NCBI RefSeq assembly: GCF_003019035.1
Contig: NZ_CP027447.1
Direction: 5' to 3' (one strand)
From: Escherichia coli
GTDB lineage: Bacteria; Pseudomonadota; Gammaproteobacteria; Enterobacterales; Enterobacteriaceae
Length of the DNA: 64,000 nucleotides
Part shown: positions 33,795 to 45,263 of the stretch, piece after piece
How the letters are laid out: every line of letters starts with the position of its first letter
Numbering within the stretch: the stretch's first letter is position 1
Notes under the pieces: model-generated
What the model was told of the DNA's origin: nothing
Seen by the model: only the letters and a program-made list of their open reading frames with translations
Databases searched by the model: none
Made by a program: the position numbers and the translations under genes

Positions 33795-34264
33795 TGAATC
33801 CACTGAAAGCCGGTGATATCGCACCGAAATTTAGCTTGCCGGATCAAGACGGAGAACAAGTTAATTTGACCGACTTCCAGGGACAGCGTGTTCTGGTTTA
33901 TTTCTACCCGAAAGCCATGACCCCCGGCTGTACCGTACAGGCCTGCGGCTTACGCGATAACATGGATGAGTTGAAAAAAGCGGGCGTTGATGTGCTGGGT
34001 ATCAGCACCGATAAACCCGAAAAACTCTCCCGTTTTGCGGAAAAAGAGCTGCTTAACTTTACGCTCCTGTCTGATGAGGACCACCAGGTGTGCGAACAAT
34101 TCGGCGTCTGGGGTGAAAAGTCCTTCATGGGCAAAACCTACGATGGTATTCATCGCATCAGCTTCCTGATTGACGCTGATGGCAAAATCGAACATGTTTT
34201 TGACGATTTCAAAACCAGCAATCACCACGACGTTGTGCTGAACTGGCTGAAAGAACACGCCTGA
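33794..34264 (+). CDS. bcp: Thiol peroxidase Bcp (peroxiredoxin)
   Basis: 156-aa ORF with peroxiredoxin active site (PGCT); start overlaps gcvR stop. Confidence 0.94.
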   Translation: MNPLKAGDIAPKFSLPDQDGEQVNLTDFQGQRVLVYFYPKAMTPGCTVQACGLRDNMDELKKAGVDVLGISTDKPEKLSRFAEKELLNFTLLSDEDHQVCEQFGVWGEKSFMGKTYDGIHRISFLIDADGKIEHVFDDFKTSNHHDVVLNWLKEHA

Positions 34265-34377
34265 TTACTTTGCTCCATTCCGTGCTGGCTGCGCTTGCGG
34301 TCAGCACACCTCACTTCTCGTGATCAAGATCACATTCTCGCTTTCCCCTGCGACACGGGTGTCGAATCCATTTATTG

Positions 34378-34413
34378 CTGAACGTTAATGACCATCATTT
34401 TTGTACCGTTCAG
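34378..34413. promoter_or_regulatory. Candidate upstream activator site for hyf (inverted repeat CTGAACGT ... CCGTTCAG)
   Basis: Inverted repeat about 50-80 bp upstream of the sigma-54 element; a second palindrome CGACACGGGTGTCG lies at about 34349-34362; assignment to HyfR/FhlA is inference. Confidence 0.35.
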
Positions 34414-34459
34414 AATCCAGTTAACACATAAATTATTGAATATATTAAATTAATCAGAC

Positions 34460-34475
34460 TGGCATCCTTTATGCA
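34460..34475 (+). promoter_or_regulatory. Sigma-54 (-24/-12) promoter of the hyf operon
   Basis: TGGCATCCTTTATGCA: GG and GC dinucleotides 12 nt apart, matching the TGGCAC-N5-TTGCA consensus; about 42 bp upstream of the hyfA ATG; consistent with sigma-54 activator HyfR in the operon. Confidence 0.65.
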
Positions 34476-34516
34476 ATATGAAATGCAATGTTTCATATCA
34501 TTTTCAAGGAGCCGAC

Positions 34517-35134
34517 ATGAACCGCTTTGTGGTGGCCGAACCACTGTGGTGTACAGGATGTAATACCTGTCTCGCTGCCTGTTCGGACGTGCATAAAACG
34601 CAAGGTTTACAGCAACACCCGCGCCTGGCCCTGGCGAAGACGTCAACACTCACTGCCCCTGTCGTGTGTCATCACTGTGAGGAAGCCCCTTGCCTGCAGG
34701 TCTGCCCGGTCAATGCCATCTCCCAGAGGGACGATGCGATCCAACTCAACGAAAGCCTCTGTATTGGCTGCAAGCTTTGCGCCGTGGTCTGCCCATTTGG
34801 CGCAATCAGCGCTTCAGGAAGCCGTCCGGTGAATGCCCCTGCGCAATATGTTTTTCAGGCTGAGGGCTCACTCAAAGACGGCGAAGAAAACGCGCCAACC
34901 CAACATGCTTTGCTGCGCTGGGAACCGGGTGTCCAGACCGTCGCGGTGAAATGCGACCTGTGTGATTTCTTGCCAGAAGGTCCGGCCTGCGTTCGCGCTT
35001 GTCCGAATCAGGCGTTACGGCTGATCACCGACGATAGCCTGCAACGTCAGATGAAAGAAAAACAGCGCCTTGCCGCAAGCTGGTTTGCCAATGGCGGGGA
35101 GGATCCCCTTTCCCTCACTCAGGAGCAACGCTAA
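34517..35134 (+). CDS. hyfA: Hydrogenase-4 component A (4Fe-4S ferredoxin-type)
   Basis: 205 aa from MNRFVVAEP with AAGGAG ribosome-binding site; multiple CxxCxxCxxxCP motifs. Confidence 0.93.
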   Translation: MNRFVVAEPLWCTGCNTCLAACSDVHKTQGLQQHPRLALAKTSTLTAPVVCHHCEEAPCLQVCPVNAISQRDDAIQLNESLCIGCKLCAVVCPFGAISASGSRPVNAPAQYVFQAEGSLKDGEENAPTQHALLRWEPGVQTVAVKCDLCDFLPEGPACVRACPNQALRLITDDSLQRQMKEKQRLAASWFANGGEDPLSLTQEQR

Positions 35135-37152
35135 TGGATGCCCTGCAATTATTAACCTGGTCGCTGATCCTCTATCTGTTTGCCAGTCTGGCTTCGCTAT
35201 TTTTACTCGGTCTGGACAGATTGGCTATTAAGCTTTCCGGCATCACATCGCTGGTGGGCGGCGTGATTGGCATCATCAGCGGAATTACGCAATTACATGC
35301 AGGCGTAACTTTAGCCGCCCGTTTTGCCACACCTTTTGAATTTGCCGATTTAACCCTGCGAATGGATAGCCTCTCGGCATTTATGGTGCTGGTTATCTCC
35401 TTGCTGGTGGTGGTTTGTTCGCTCTATTCATTGACTTATATGCGCGAATACGAGGGTAAAGGCGCGGCGGCGATGGGCTTCTTTATGAATCTTTTCATCG
35501 CATCGATGGTTGCCCTGCTGGTGATGGATAACGCTTTTTGGTTCATCGTGCTGTTTGAAATGATGTCGCTGTCTTCCTGGTTTCTGGTCATTGCCAGGCA
35601 GGATAAAACGTCGATCAACGCTGGCATGCTCTACTTTTTTATCGCCCACGCCGGATCGGTGCTGATTATGATCGCCTTCTTGCTGATGGGGCGCGAAAGC
35701 GGCAGCCTCGATTTTGCCAGTTTCCGCACGCATTCACTTTCTCCGGGGCTGGCGTCGGCGGTGTTCCTGCTGGCCTTCTTCGGTTTTGGCGCGAAAGCCG
35801 GGATGATGCCGTTGCACAGCTGGTTGCCGCGCGCTCACCCTGCCGCACCATCGCACGCTTCGGCGTTGATGTCTGGCGTAATGGTCAAAATCGGTATTTT
35901 CGGCATCCTTAAAGTAGCGATGGATCTGCTGGCGCAAACGGGTTTGCCGCTGTGGTGGGGCATTCTGGTGATGGCGATCGGCGCAATCTCCGCGCTCCTG
36001 GGCGTGCTGTATGCGCTGGCGGAACAGGATATCAAACGGCTGCTGGCCTGGAGTACCGTCGAAAACGTCGGCATTATTTTGCTGGCGGTCGGTGTGGCGA
36101 TGGTCGGTCTGTCACTGCACGACCCGCTGCTCACCGTTGTTGGACTGCTCGGCGCGCTGTTTCATCTGCTCAACCATGCGCTGTTCAAAGGGCTGCTGTT
36201 TCTCGGCGCGGGTGCGATTATTTCGCGTTTGCATACCCACGACATGGAAAAAATGGGGGCACTGGCGAAACGTATGCCGTGGACAGCCGCAGCATGCCTG
36301 ATTGGTTGCCTCGCGATATCAGCCATTCCTCCGCTGAATGGTTTTATCAGCGAATGGTACACCTGGCAGTCGCTGTTCTCACTAAGTCGTGTGGAAGCCG
36401 TAGCGCTACAACTTGCGGGTCCTATTGCTATGGTGATGCTGGCAGTCACTGGTGGGCTGGCAGTAATGTGCTTCGTCAAAATGTACGGCATTACTTTCTG
36501 TGGTGCGCCGCGCAGTACACACGCTGAAGAGGCACAGGACGTGCCAAATACGATGATCGTCGCCATGCTACTGCTCGCGGCACTCTGCGTATTCATTGCG
36601 CTTAGTGCCAGTTGGCTGGCACCGAAGATAATGCACATTGCCCATGCGTTTACCAATACCCCTCCCGTCACTGTCGCCAGCGGAATAGCACTTGTACCCG
36701 GCACGTTTCATACACGGGTCACTCCCTCATTACTGTTGCTGTTACTACTGGCGATGCCTTTGCTGCCTGGCCTTTACTGGCTGTGGTGTCGTTCGCGCCG
36801 CGCAGCGTTTCGTCGCACAGGAGATGCCTGGGCATGCGGCTACGGCTGGGATAATGCGATGGCCCCGTCAGGCAATGGCGTGATGCAGCCGCTGCGTGTG
36901 GTCTTTTGTGCGCTATTTCGTCTACGACAACAGCTCGACCCTACGCTGAGGCTGAACAAAAGTCTTGCGCACGTCACCGCCAGGGCTCAGAGCACAGAAC
37001 CCTTCTGGGATGAGCGGGTGATCCACCCCATCGTGAGCGCCACCCAACGGCTGGCCAAAGAAATACAGCATCTGCAAAGCGGCGACTTTCGTCTCTATTG
37101 CCTGTATGTGGTCGCCGCACTGGTTGTGCTGCTAATCGCTATTGCCGTCTAA
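35134..37152 (+). CDS. hyfB: Hydrogenase-4 component B (NuoL/MrpA-like antiporter subunit)
   Basis: 672-aa polytopic membrane ORF. Confidence 0.93.
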   Translation: MDALQLLTWSLILYLFASLASLFLLGLDRLAIKLSGITSLVGGVIGIISGITQLHAGVTLAARFATPFEFADLTLRMDSLSAFMVLVISLLVVVCSLYSLTYMREYEGKGAAAMGFFMNLFIASMVALLVMDNAFWFIVLFEMMSLSSWFLVIARQDKTSINAGMLYFFIAHAGSVLIMIAFLLMGRESGSLDFASFRTHSLSPGLASAVFLLAFFGFGAKAGMMPLHSWLPRAHPAAPSHASALMSGVMVKIGIFGILKVAMDLLAQTGLPLWWGILVMAIGAISALLGVLYALAEQDIKRLLAWSTVENVGIILLAVGVAMVGLSLHDPLLTVVGLLGALFHLLNHALFKGLLFLGAGAIISRLHTHDMEKMGALAKRMPWTAAACLIGCLAISAIPPLNGFISEWYTWQSLFSLSRVEAVALQLAGPIAMVMLAVTGGLAVMCFVKMYGITFCGAPRSTHAEEAQDVPNTMIVAMLLLAALCVFIALSASWLAPKIMHIAHAFTNTPPVTVASGIALVPGTFHTRVTPSLLLLLLLAMPLLPGLYWLWCRSRRAAFRRTGDAWACGYGWDNAMAPSGNGVMQPLRVVFCALFRLRQQLDPTLRLNKSLAHVTARAQSTEPFWDERVIHPIVSATQRLAKEIQHLQSGDFRLYCLYVVAALVVLLIAIAV

Positions 37153-37162
37153 GGAAATCACC

Positions 37163-38110
37163 ATGAGACAAACTCTTTGCGACGGATATCTGGTCATTTT
37201 TGCGTTAGCACAGGCCGTGATTCTGCTGGTGCTAACCCCGCTTTTTACGGGGATTTCCCGGCAGATACGCGCGCGAATGCACTCCCGTCGCGGACCGGGG
37301 ATCTGGCAGGATTATCGCGATATCCACAAACTGTTTAAACGCCAGGAAGTTGCGCCGACATCTTCAGGTCTGATGTTCCGCCTGATGCCGTGGGTATTAA
37401 TCAGCAGCATGCTGGTGCTGGCGATGGCCCTGCCACTATTTATTACCGTTTCCCCTTTTGCGGGCGGCGGCGATCTGATCACCCTTATCTATCTTCTTGC
37501 CCTGTTTCGTTTTTTCTTTGCTCTTTCCGGGCTGGATACCGGAAGCCCGTTTGCGGGAGTCGGTGCCAGTCGCGAGTTGACGCTCGGCATTCTGGTCGAA
37601 CCCATGCTCATTCTCTCACTGCTGGTATTGGCGCTGATAGCGGATTCCACGCATATCGAGATGATCAGCAAGACGCTGGCGACGGGCTGGAACTCGCCGC
37701 TAACCACCGTACTGGCGTTACTGGCCTGTGGTTTTGCCTGCTTCATTGAGATGGGAAAAATTCCCTTTGATGTTGCTGAAGCAGAACAGGAATTACAGGA
37801 AGGCCCGCTGACCGAATATTCCGGTGCCGGGCTGGCGCTGGCGAAGTTGGGGCTGGGGCTGAAACAGGTCGTGATGGCATCACTGTTTGTGGCCCTGTTT
37901 CTGCCCTTTGGGCGCGCGCAAGAGCTTTCTCTCACCTGCCTGCTGACTTCACTTGTCGTTACGCTGCTCAAGGTTTTGCTGATTTTTGTTCTGGCCTCTA
38001 TCGCAGAAAACACGCGGGCACGCGGGCGTTTTTTACTCATTCACCATGTGACCTGGCTTGGCTTCAGCCTTGCTGCGCTTGCCTGGGTCTTCTGGTTAAC
38101 CGGTCTGTAA
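37163..38110 (+). CDS. hyfC: Hydrogenase-4 component C (NuoH-like membrane subunit)
   Basis: 315 aa from MRQTLCDGYLVIFALAQ. Confidence 0.92.
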   Translation: MRQTLCDGYLVIFALAQAVILLVLTPLFTGISRQIRARMHSRRGPGIWQDYRDIHKLFKRQEVAPTSSGLMFRLMPWVLISSMLVLAMALPLFITVSPFAGGGDLITLIYLLALFRFFFALSGLDTGSPFAGVGASRELTLGILVEPMLILSLLVLALIADSTHIEMISKTLATGWNSPLTTVLALLACGFACFIEMGKIPFDVAEAEQELQEGPLTEYSGAGLALAKLGLGLKQVVMASLFVALFLPFGRAQELSLTCLLTSLVVTLLKVLLIFVLASIAENTRARGRFLLIHHVTWLGFSLAALAWVFWLTGL

Positions 38111-38126
38111 GGAGCACTGACGGAAT

Positions 38127-39566
38127 ATGGAAAATCTTGCTCTGACGACGTTATTGCTGCCTTTTATCGGCGCACTGGTCGTTTCGTTTTCGCCACAACG
38201 TCGGGCCGCCGAATGGGGGATTTTGTTCGCCGCGCTGACCACGCTGTGCATGTTGTCGCTGATCTCCGCGTTTTATCAGGCCGATAAAGTTGCCGTCACG
38301 TTGACGTTGGTCCACGTGGGGGATGTGGCGTTGTTTGGCCTGGTCATTGATCGCGTGAGTACGCTGATTCTGTTTGTGGTGGTGTTCCTCGGTTTGCTGG
38401 TCACGATCTACTCCACGGGTTATCTGACGGATAAAAATCGCGAACACCCGCATAACGGCACGAATCGTTATTACGCATTTTTGCTGGTTTTTATCGGCGC
38501 GATGGCGGGACTGGTACTCTCCTCGACGCTGCTCGGTCAGTTGTTGTTTTTTGAAATTACGGGCGGCTGCTCCTGGGCGTTGATCAGTTATTACCAGAGC
38601 GATAAAGCGCAGCGTTCAGCACTAAAAGCGTTACTTATCACTCATATCGGTTCGCTGGGGTTGTATCTTGCCGCCGCCACGCTGTTTTTGCAGACCGGAA
38701 CGTTTGCGCTTAGCGCGATGAGCGAGTTACACGGCGACGCACGTTATCTGGTTTATGGCGGCATCCTGTTTGCCGCGTGGGGGAAATCGGCCCAGCTACC
38801 GATGCAAGCGTGGCTACCGGATGCAATGGAAGCGCCAACACCGATCAGCGCCTATCTCCACGCCGCATCGATGGTGAAAGTGGGCGTTTACATTTTTGCC
38901 CGTGCCATTATCGACGGCGGCAATATCCCGCATGTGATTGGCGGCGTTGGCATGGTTATGGCACTGGTCACCATTCTTTACGGCTTCCTGATGTATTTGC
39001 CACAGCAGGATATGAAGCGGTTGCTGGCCTGGTCGACCATCACTCAACTTGGCTGGATGTTTTTCGGCTTGTCGCTCTCCATCTTCGGCTCGCGGCTGGC
39101 GCTGGAGGGCAGCATCGCCTACATCGTCAACCACGCGTTCGCTAAAAGCCTATTTTTCCTTGTAGCAGGTGCGCTGAGTTACAGCTGCGGCACGCGCTTG
39201 TTGCCGCGTCTGCGTGGCGTATTGCACACCCTGCCGTTGCCAGGCGTGGGTTTCTGCGTAGCCGCGCTGGCGATTACCGGCGTACCGCCGTTCAACGGCT
39301 TCTTCAGTAAATTCCCGCTGTTTGCCGCCGGTTTTGCGTTGTCAGTGGAGTACTGGATCCTGCTGCCCGCCATGATTCTGCTGATGATTGAATCGGTCGC
39401 CAGTTTCGCCTGGTTTATTCGCTGGTTTGGTCGCGTCGTGCCTGGCAAACCGAGCGAGGCCGTCGCCGATGCCGCACCGCTGCCAGGATCAATGCGCCTG
39501 GTGTTGATTGTACTGATTGTGATGTCGCTGATTTCCAGCGTAATCGCCGCGACCTGGTTGCAGTAA
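38127..39566 (+). CDS. hyfD: Hydrogenase-4 component D (NuoM/N-like antiporter subunit)
   Basis: 479-aa membrane ORF. Confidence 0.92.
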   Translation: MENLALTTLLLPFIGALVVSFSPQRRAAEWGILFAALTTLCMLSLISAFYQADKVAVTLTLVHVGDVALFGLVIDRVSTLILFVVVFLGLLVTIYSTGYLTDKNREHPHNGTNRYYAFLLVFIGAMAGLVLSSTLLGQLLFFEITGGCSWALISYYQSDKAQRSALKALLITHIGSLGLYLAAATLFLQTGTFALSAMSELHGDARYLVYGGILFAAWGKSAQLPMQAWLPDAMEAPTPISAYLHAASMVKVGVYIFARAIIDGGNIPHVIGGVGMVMALVTILYGFLMYLPQQDMKRLLAWSTITQLGWMFFGLSLSIFGSRLALEGSIAYIVNHAFAKSLFFLVAGALSYSCGTRLLPRLRGVLHTLPLPGVGFCVAALAITGVPPFNGFFSKFPLFAAGFALSVEYWILLPAMILLMIESVASFAWFIRWFGRVVPGKPSEAVADAAPLPGSMRLVLIVLIVMSLISSVIAATWLQ

Positions 39567-39577
39567 GGAGATGATGA

Positions 39578-40228
39578 ATGACCGGTTCTATGATCGTAAA
39601 TAATCTGGCGGGACTGATGATGCTGACATCGCTGTTTGTGATTAGCGTCAAAAGCTATCGCCTGTCATGCGGATTTTACGCCTGCCAGTCGCTGGTGCTG
39701 GTGTCTATTTTCGCCACCCTCTCGTGCCTGTTCGTCGCAGAGCAACTGCTGATCTGGTCCGCCAGCGCCTTTATCACCAAAGTGCTGCTGGTACCGTTAA
39801 TCATGATTTACGCTGCACGAAATATTCCCCAGAACATCCCGGAAAAAGCGTTATTCGGTCCGGCAATGATGGCATTGCTCGCGGCATTAATTGTCCTGCT
39901 TTGCGCATTTGTCGTTCAGCCCGTGAAGCTACCGATGGCTACCGGGCTGAAACCGGCGCTGGCGGTGGCGTTAGGTCATTTTCTGCTTGGCCTGCTGTGC
40001 ATTGTCAGCCAGCGCAATATCCTGCGGCAAATTTTTGGTTACTGCCTGATGGAAAACGGCTCCCATCTGGTGCTGGCGCTTCTTGCCTGGCGTGCACCGG
40101 AACTGGTGGAAATTGGTATCGCTACCGACGCCATCTTCGCCGTCATTGTGATGGTGTTACTGGCAAGAAAAATATGGCGTACCCACGGCACGCTGGACGT
40201 GAACAACTTGACCGCGCTGAAGGGATAA
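39578..40228 (+). CDS. hyfE: Hydrogenase-4 component E (membrane subunit)
   Basis: 216-aa membrane ORF. Confidence 0.92.
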   Translation: MTGSMIVNNLAGLMMLTSLFVISVKSYRLSCGFYACQSLVLVSIFATLSCLFVAEQLLIWSASAFITKVLLVPLIMIYAARNIPQNIPEKALFGPAMMALLAALIVLLCAFVVQPVKLPMATGLKPALAVALGHFLLGLLCIVSQRNILRQIFGYCLMENGSHLVLALLAWRAPELVEIGIATDAIFAVIVMVLLARKIWRTHGTLDVNNLTALKG

Positions 40229-40232
40229 TGAG

Positions 40233-41813
40233 ATGAGTTATTCTGTGATGTTCGCTTTACTCCTGCTCACGCCGCTGCTTTTTTCGCTGCTCTGTTTTGC
40301 CTGCCGGAAACGGGGGCACTCTGCGACTTGCGCGGTGACAGTATTACATAGCTTAGGGATCACACTGCTGCTGATTCTGACACTGTGGGTGGTCCAAACT
40401 GCCGCTGATGCGGGAGAAATATTCGCTGCGGGACTGTGGCTTCATATTGATGGTCTGGGCGGTTTGTTCCTCGCCATTCTTGGTGTGATTGGCTTTCTCA
40501 CCGGTGTTTACTCGATTGGCTACATGCGTCATGAAGTGGCACACGGCGAGCTTTCACCCGTTACGCTATGCGATTACTACGGTTTCTTCCATCTGTTTTT
40601 GTTCACCATGCTGCTGGTTGTTACCAGCAATAACCTGATTGTGATGTGGGCGGCGATCGAAGCCACCACCTTAAGCTCGGCGTTTCTGGTAGGCATTTAC
40701 GGTCAGCGTTCATCGCTGGAAGCTGCATGGAAGTACATCATTATTTGTACTGTTGGTGTCGCTTTTGGTCTGTTCGGTACCGTGCTGGTATACGCCAACG
40801 CCGCCAGCGTTATGCCGCAGGCAGAAATGGCGATATTCTGGAGCGAGGTTCTTAAGCAATCGTCCTTGCTTGACCCAACATTAATGCTGTTGGCCTTTGT
40901 GTTTGTGCTAATTGGCTTTGGCACCAAAACCGGGCTATTTCCCATGCACGCCTGGCTGCCGGATGCTCACAGTGAAGCGCCGAGTCCGGTCAGCGCCCTG
41001 CTCTCCGCCGTATTGCTGAACTGCGCGCTGTTGGTGCTGATTCGCTATTACATCATTATTTGCCAGGCCATCGGCAGCGATTTCCCCAACCGGTTGTTGC
41101 TCATCTTCGGCATGTTGTCGGTTGCCGTGGCGGCATTTTTCATTCTGGTACAGCGGGACATTAAGCGTCTGCTGGCGTACTCCAGCGTGGAGAACATGGG
41201 ACTGGTCGCGGTGGCGCTAGGCATTGGCGGGCCGCTGGGAATTTTTGCCGCGCTGCTGCACACCTTAAACCACAGTCTGGCAAAAACGCTGCTGTTCTGC
41301 GGTTCCGGCAATGTACTGCTCAAGTACGGCACGCGCGATCTCAACGTCGTCTGCGGAATGCTCAAAATCATGCCATTTACCGCCGTGCTGTTTGGCGGCG
41401 GTGCGCTGGCGCTGGCCGGGATGCCGCCCTTCAACATTTTTCTTAGCGAATTTATGACCGTTACCGCAGGGCTGGCGCGTAATCATCTGCTGCTTATCGT
41501 CCTGCTGTTATTGCTGTTAACGCTGGTGCTGGCGGGCCTGGTACGGATGGCTGCGCGGGTGTTAATGGCGAAACCGCCGCAGGCCGTTAACCGGGGTGAA
41601 CTTGGCTGGTTGACCACCTCGCCAATGGTGATTCTGCTGGTCATGATGCTGGCGATGGGAACGCATATTCCACAACCTGTCATCAGGATCCTGGCAGGCG
41701 CTTCCACTATAGTCCTCTCAGGGACGCACGACCTGCCTGCACAACGTAGCACCTGGCATGATTTTTTGCCTTCAGGCACCGCATCTGTTTCGGAGAAACA
41801 CAGTGAACGTTAA
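40233..41813 (+). CDS. hyfF: Hydrogenase-4 component F (NuoM/N-like antiporter subunit)
   Basis: 526-aa membrane ORF. Confidence 0.92.
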   Translation: MSYSVMFALLLLTPLLFSLLCFACRKRGHSATCAVTVLHSLGITLLLILTLWVVQTAADAGEIFAAGLWLHIDGLGGLFLAILGVIGFLTGVYSIGYMRHEVAHGELSPVTLCDYYGFFHLFLFTMLLVVTSNNLIVMWAAIEATTLSSAFLVGIYGQRSSLEAAWKYIIICTVGVAFGLFGTVLVYANAASVMPQAEMAIFWSEVLKQSSLLDPTLMLLAFVFVLIGFGTKTGLFPMHAWLPDAHSEAPSPVSALLSAVLLNCALLVLIRYYIIICQAIGSDFPNRLLLIFGMLSVAVAAFFILVQRDIKRLLAYSSVENMGLVAVALGIGGPLGIFAALLHTLNHSLAKTLLFCGSGNVLLKYGTRDLNVVCGMLKIMPFTAVLFGGGALALAGMPPFNIFLSEFMTVTAGLARNHLLLIVLLLLLLTLVLAGLVRMAARVLMAKPPQAVNRGELGWLTTSPMVILLVMMLAMGTHIPQPVIRILAGASTIVLSGTHDLPAQRSTWHDFLPSGTASVSEKHSER

Positions 41814-43518
41814 TTCATCGTCAAATCGTGGCGAAGCGATTCTCGCCGCCCTGAAAACGCAGTTCCCCGGCGCGGTGCTGGATGAAGAGCGACAAACGCC
41901 TGAACAGGTCACCATTACGGTGAAAATCAATCTGCTGCCTGACGTTGTACATTATCTTTATTATCAACATGATGGCTGGCTTCCGGTCCTGTTTGGCAAC
42001 GACGAGCGGACACTTAATGGTCATTACGCGGTTTATTATGCCCTTTCAATGGAAGGGGCCGAAAAATGCTGGATCGTGGTGAAGGCACTGGTCGATGCCG
42101 ACAGTCGGGAGTTTCCGTCAGTCACACCGCGCGTCCCTGCCGCGGTCTGGGGCGAGCGAGAAATTCGCGATATGTACGGGCTGATTCCGGTTGGCCTGCC
42201 GGATCAGCGTCGGCTGGTGTTGCCCGATGACTGGCCGGAAGATATGCATCCGCTGCGCAAAGACGCGATGGATTATCGACTGCGCCCAGAACCGACGACT
42301 GATACCGAAACGTATCCGTTTATCAACGAGGGCAACAGCGATGCGCGGGTGATCCCTGTCGGCCCGCTGCATATCACCTCCGATGAACCAGGTCACTTCC
42401 GCTTGTTTGTGGATGGCGAGCAAATTGTCGATGCTGATTACCGCCTGTTTTATGTCCATCGCGGCATGGAGAAACTGGCAGAAACGCGGATGGGCTACAA
42501 CGAAGTGACCTTCTTGTCGGACCGCGTGTGTGGGATTTGCGGTTTTGCCCACAGTGTGGCCTATACCAACTCGGTTGAAAATGCACTGGGGATTGAGGTG
42601 CCGCAACGAGCGCATACTATTCGCTCGATTCTGCTGGAAGTCGAACGGCTGCATAGTCATTTGCTCAACCTTGGCCTCTCCTGCCATTTTGTTGGTTTTG
42701 ATACCGGCTTTATGCAATTTTTCCGCGTGCGGGAAAAGTCGATGACGATGGCGGAATTGCTGACCGGGTCGCGTAAAACCTACGGTCTGAATCTGATTGG
42801 TGGTGTTCGCCGCGATATTCTCAAAGAGCAACGTCTGCAAACGCTGAAACTGGTGCGCGAGATGCGCGCCGACGTGTCGGAGCTGGTAGAGATGCTGCTT
42901 GCCACGCCGAATATGGAACAACGCACTCAGGGCATTGGCATTCTCGACCGACAAATCGCCCGTGATTATAGCCCCGTAGGGCCGCTGATCCGCGGCAGTG
43001 GTTTTGCCCGTGATTTGCGCTTTGATCACCCCTACGCCGACTACGGCAATATTCCCAAAACGCTGTTTACCTTTACCGGCGGCGATGTCTTCTCCCGCGT
43101 GATGGTCCGTGTCAAAGAGACGTTTGATTCGCTGGCAATGCTGGAATTTGCCCTCGACAACATGCCGGATACCCCACTGCTGACCGAAGGCTTTAGCTAT
43201 AAACCTCACGCATTCGCGCTGGGCTTTGTTGAAGCGCCACGCGGTGAAGACGTGCACTGGAGCATGCTCGGTGATAACCAAAAATTGTTCCGCTGGCGCT
43301 GTCGTGCCGCCACCTACGCCAACTGGCCAGTGCTGCGTTACATGCTGCGCGGCAATACCGTTTCTGACGCACCGCTGATTATCGGTAGCCTTGATCCCTG
43401 CTACTCCTGTACCGACCGTGTGACGCTGGTTGATGTGCGCAAGCGCCAGTCAAAAACCGTGCCGTATAAAGAGATCGAACGCTACGGCATTGATCGTAAC
43501 CGTTCGCCGCTGAAGTAA
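41803..43518 (+). CDS. hyfG: Hydrogenase-4 large [NiFe] subunit HyfG
   Basis: Start tentatively placed at GTG 41803 (preceded by GGAG), overlapping the hyfF end; N-terminal and C-terminal Ni-binding Cys motifs ([19 protein letters not shown]); exact start uncertain (ORF track opens at 41758). Confidence 0.85.
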   Translation: MNVNSSSNRGEAILAALKTQFPGAVLDEERQTPEQVTITVKINLLPDVVHYLYYQHDGWLPVLFGNDERTLNGHYAVYYALSMEGAEKCWIVVKALVDADSREFPSVTPRVPAAVWGEREIRDMYGLIPVGLPDQRRLVLPDDWPEDMHPLRKDAMDYRLRPEPTTDTETYPFINEGNSDARVIPVGPLHITSDEPGHFRLFVDGEQIVDADYRLFYVHRGMEKLAETRMGYNEVTFLSDRVCGICGFAHSVAYTNSVENALGIEVPQRAHTIRSILLEVERLHSHLLNLGLSCHFVGFDTGFMQFFRVREKSMTMAELLTGSRKTYGLNLIGGVRRDILKEQRLQTLKLVREMRADVSELVEMLLATPNMEQRTQGIGILDRQIARDYSPVGPLIRGSGFARDLRFDHPYADYGNIPKTLFTFTGGDVFSRVMVRVKETFDSLAMLEFALDNMPDTPLLTEGFSYKPHAFALGFVEAPRGEDVHWSMLGDNQKLFRWRCRAATYANWPVLRYMLRGNTVSDAPLIIGSLDPCYSCTDRVTLVDVRKRQSKTVPYKEIERYGIDRNRSPLK

Positions 43519-43527
43519 GGACAGAAA

Positions 43528-44073
43528 ATGCTGAAGTTACTGAAAACTATTATGCGCGCCGGAACCGCGACGGTGAAATATCCCTTCGCGCCACTGGAGG
43601 TCAGCCCAGGCTTTCGCGGGAAACCGGACCTGATGCCCAGCCAATGTATTGCCTGCGGTGCCTGCGCCTGTGCTTGTCCGGCAAATGCGCTGACTATCCA
43701 GACCGACGACCAGCAAAATACGCGCACCTGGCAGCTCTATCTGGGGCGTTGTATTTACTGCGGACGTTGTGAAGAAGTGTGCCCGACCAGAGCCATTCAG
43801 CTTACCAATAACTTTGAACTGACCGTCACCAATAAAGCCGATCTCTATACCCGCGCGACGTTCCATCTACAACGTTGCAGCCGTTGCGAACGCCCGTTTG
43901 CCCCGAAAAAAACCGTCGCACTGGCTGCAGAACTGTTGGCACAGCAACAAAATGCACCACAAAACCGCGAAATGTTACGGGCGCAAGCGAGCGTCTGCCC
44001 GGAATGCAAACAACGCGCGACGCTGATCAACGACGACACAGATGAACCGCTGGTGGCTAAGGAGCAGCTATGA
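43528..44073 (+). CDS. hyfH: Hydrogenase-4 component H (2x[4Fe-4S] ferredoxin-like)
   Basis: 181-aa ORF with two CxxCxxCxxxCP motifs. Confidence 0.93.
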   Translation: MLKLLKTIMRAGTATVKYPFAPLEVSPGFRGKPDLMPSQCIACGACACACPANALTIQTDDQQNTRTWQLYLGRCIYCGRCEEVCPTRAIQLTNNFELTVTNKADLYTRATFHLQRCSRCERPFAPKKTVALAAELLAQQQNAPQNREMLRAQASVCPECKQRATLINDDTDEPLVAKEQL

Positions 44074-44828
44074 GTCCAGTGCTTACGCAACATGTCAGCC
44101 AGCCCATAACGCTGGACGAGCAAACGCAAAAGATGAAGCAGCATTTGCTACAGGATATCCGTCGCTCGGCTTACGTTTATCGCGTCGATTGCGGCGGCTG
44201 CAACGCCTGCGAAATCGAAATTTTTGCCGCCATCACACCCGTATTCGACGCAGAACGTTTTGGCATTAAGGTTGTTTCATCACCGCGTCACGCCGATATT
44301 TTGTTATTTACTGGCGCAGTCACCCGGGCGATGCGTATGCCTGCACTTCGGGCATATGAGTCTGCCCCCGATCATAAAATCTGTGTTTCCTACGGCGCGT
44401 GCGGTGTCGGCGGCGGTATTTTCCACGATCTTTACAGCGTCTGGGGCGGCAGCGACACCATTGTCCCCATTGATGTTTGGATCCCCGGCTGCCCGCCAAC
44501 ACCGGCCGCCACCATTCACGGTTTCGCCGTGGCGCTCGGTTTGCTGCAACAGAAGATTCACGCGGTGGATTATCGCGATCCCACCGGGGTGACCATGCAA
44601 CCGCTGTGGCCGCAGATCCCGCCATCACAGCGTATCGCCATTGAGCGAGAAGCGAGGCGGCTGGCGGGCTATCGTCAAGGGCGAGAAATTTGCGATCGGC
44701 TCCTGCGCCATTTAAGCGACGATCCTACAGGAAATCGGGTTAACACCTGGTTGCGCGAAGCTGACGATCCACGTCTCAATAGTATCGTTCAGCAACTCTT
44801 TCGCGTTCTCCGGGGGTTACATGGCTGA
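44070..44828 (+). CDS. hyfI: Hydrogenase-4 small subunit HyfI (NuoB-like)
   Basis: 252-aa ORF; conserved Cys ([12 protein letters not shown]). Confidence 0.93.
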   Translation: MSPVLTQHVSQPITLDEQTQKMKQHLLQDIRRSAYVYRVDCGGCNACEIEIFAAITPVFDAERFGIKVVSSPRHADILLFTGAVTRAMRMPALRAYESAPDHKICVSYGACGVGGGIFHDLYSVWGGSDTIVPIDVWIPGCPPTPAATIHGFAVALGLLQQKIHAVDYRDPTGVTMQPLWPQIPPSQRIAIEREARRLAGYRQGREICDRLLRHLSDDPTGNRVNTWLREADDPRLNSIVQQLFRVLRGLHG

Positions 44829-45234
44829 GGCGTGCGGGGAAATTGTTTTCTGGACGCTGCGAAAAAAGTTTGTCGCCAGTAGCGACGAGATGCCGGAACA
44901 CAGCTCCCAGGTAATGTATTACTCGCTGGCTATCGGCCATCACGTTGGCGTGATTGATTGTCTGAATGTCGCCTTCCGCTGCCCACTGACGGAATACGAA
45001 GATTGGCTTGCACAGGTCGAAGTGGAGCAAGCCCGACGTAAGATGCTGGGGGTGATGACTTTTGGTGAGATTGTTATTGACGCCAGCCACACCGCCCTGT
45101 TGACCCGGGCATTCGCGCCACTGGCGGATGACGCGACGTCGGCGTGGCAGGCGCGTAGCATTCAATTCATTCATCTGTTGGATGAAATTGTGCAGGAACC
45201 GGTCATCTATCTGATGGCCAGAAAAATTGCGTGA
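44821..45234 (+). CDS. hyfJ: Hydrogenase-4 component J (HycH-like maturation factor)
   Basis: 137-aa ORF; operon position. Confidence 0.9.
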   Translation: MAEACGEIVFWTLRKKFVASSDEMPEHSSQVMYYSLAIGHHVGVIDCLNVAFRCPLTEYEDWLAQVEVEQARRKMLGVMTFGEIVIDASHTALLTRAFAPLADDATSAWQARSIQFIHLLDEIVQEPVIYLMARKIA

Positions 45235-45263
45235 GAAGGATTTCTCATTAATAAGGACTGTTG

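Noticed and set aside
34265-34330. Hairpin after bcp (GTGCTGGC…GGTCAGCAC) as a rho-independent terminator
   Set aside because: The stem is imperfect and not followed by a T-run; at most a weak or rho-dependent termination signal, so it is not listed as a feature.
42118-43281. 387-aa minus-strand ORF inside hyfG
   Set aside because: Antisense to the [NiFe] hydrogenase large subunit; spurious reverse-frame ORF.
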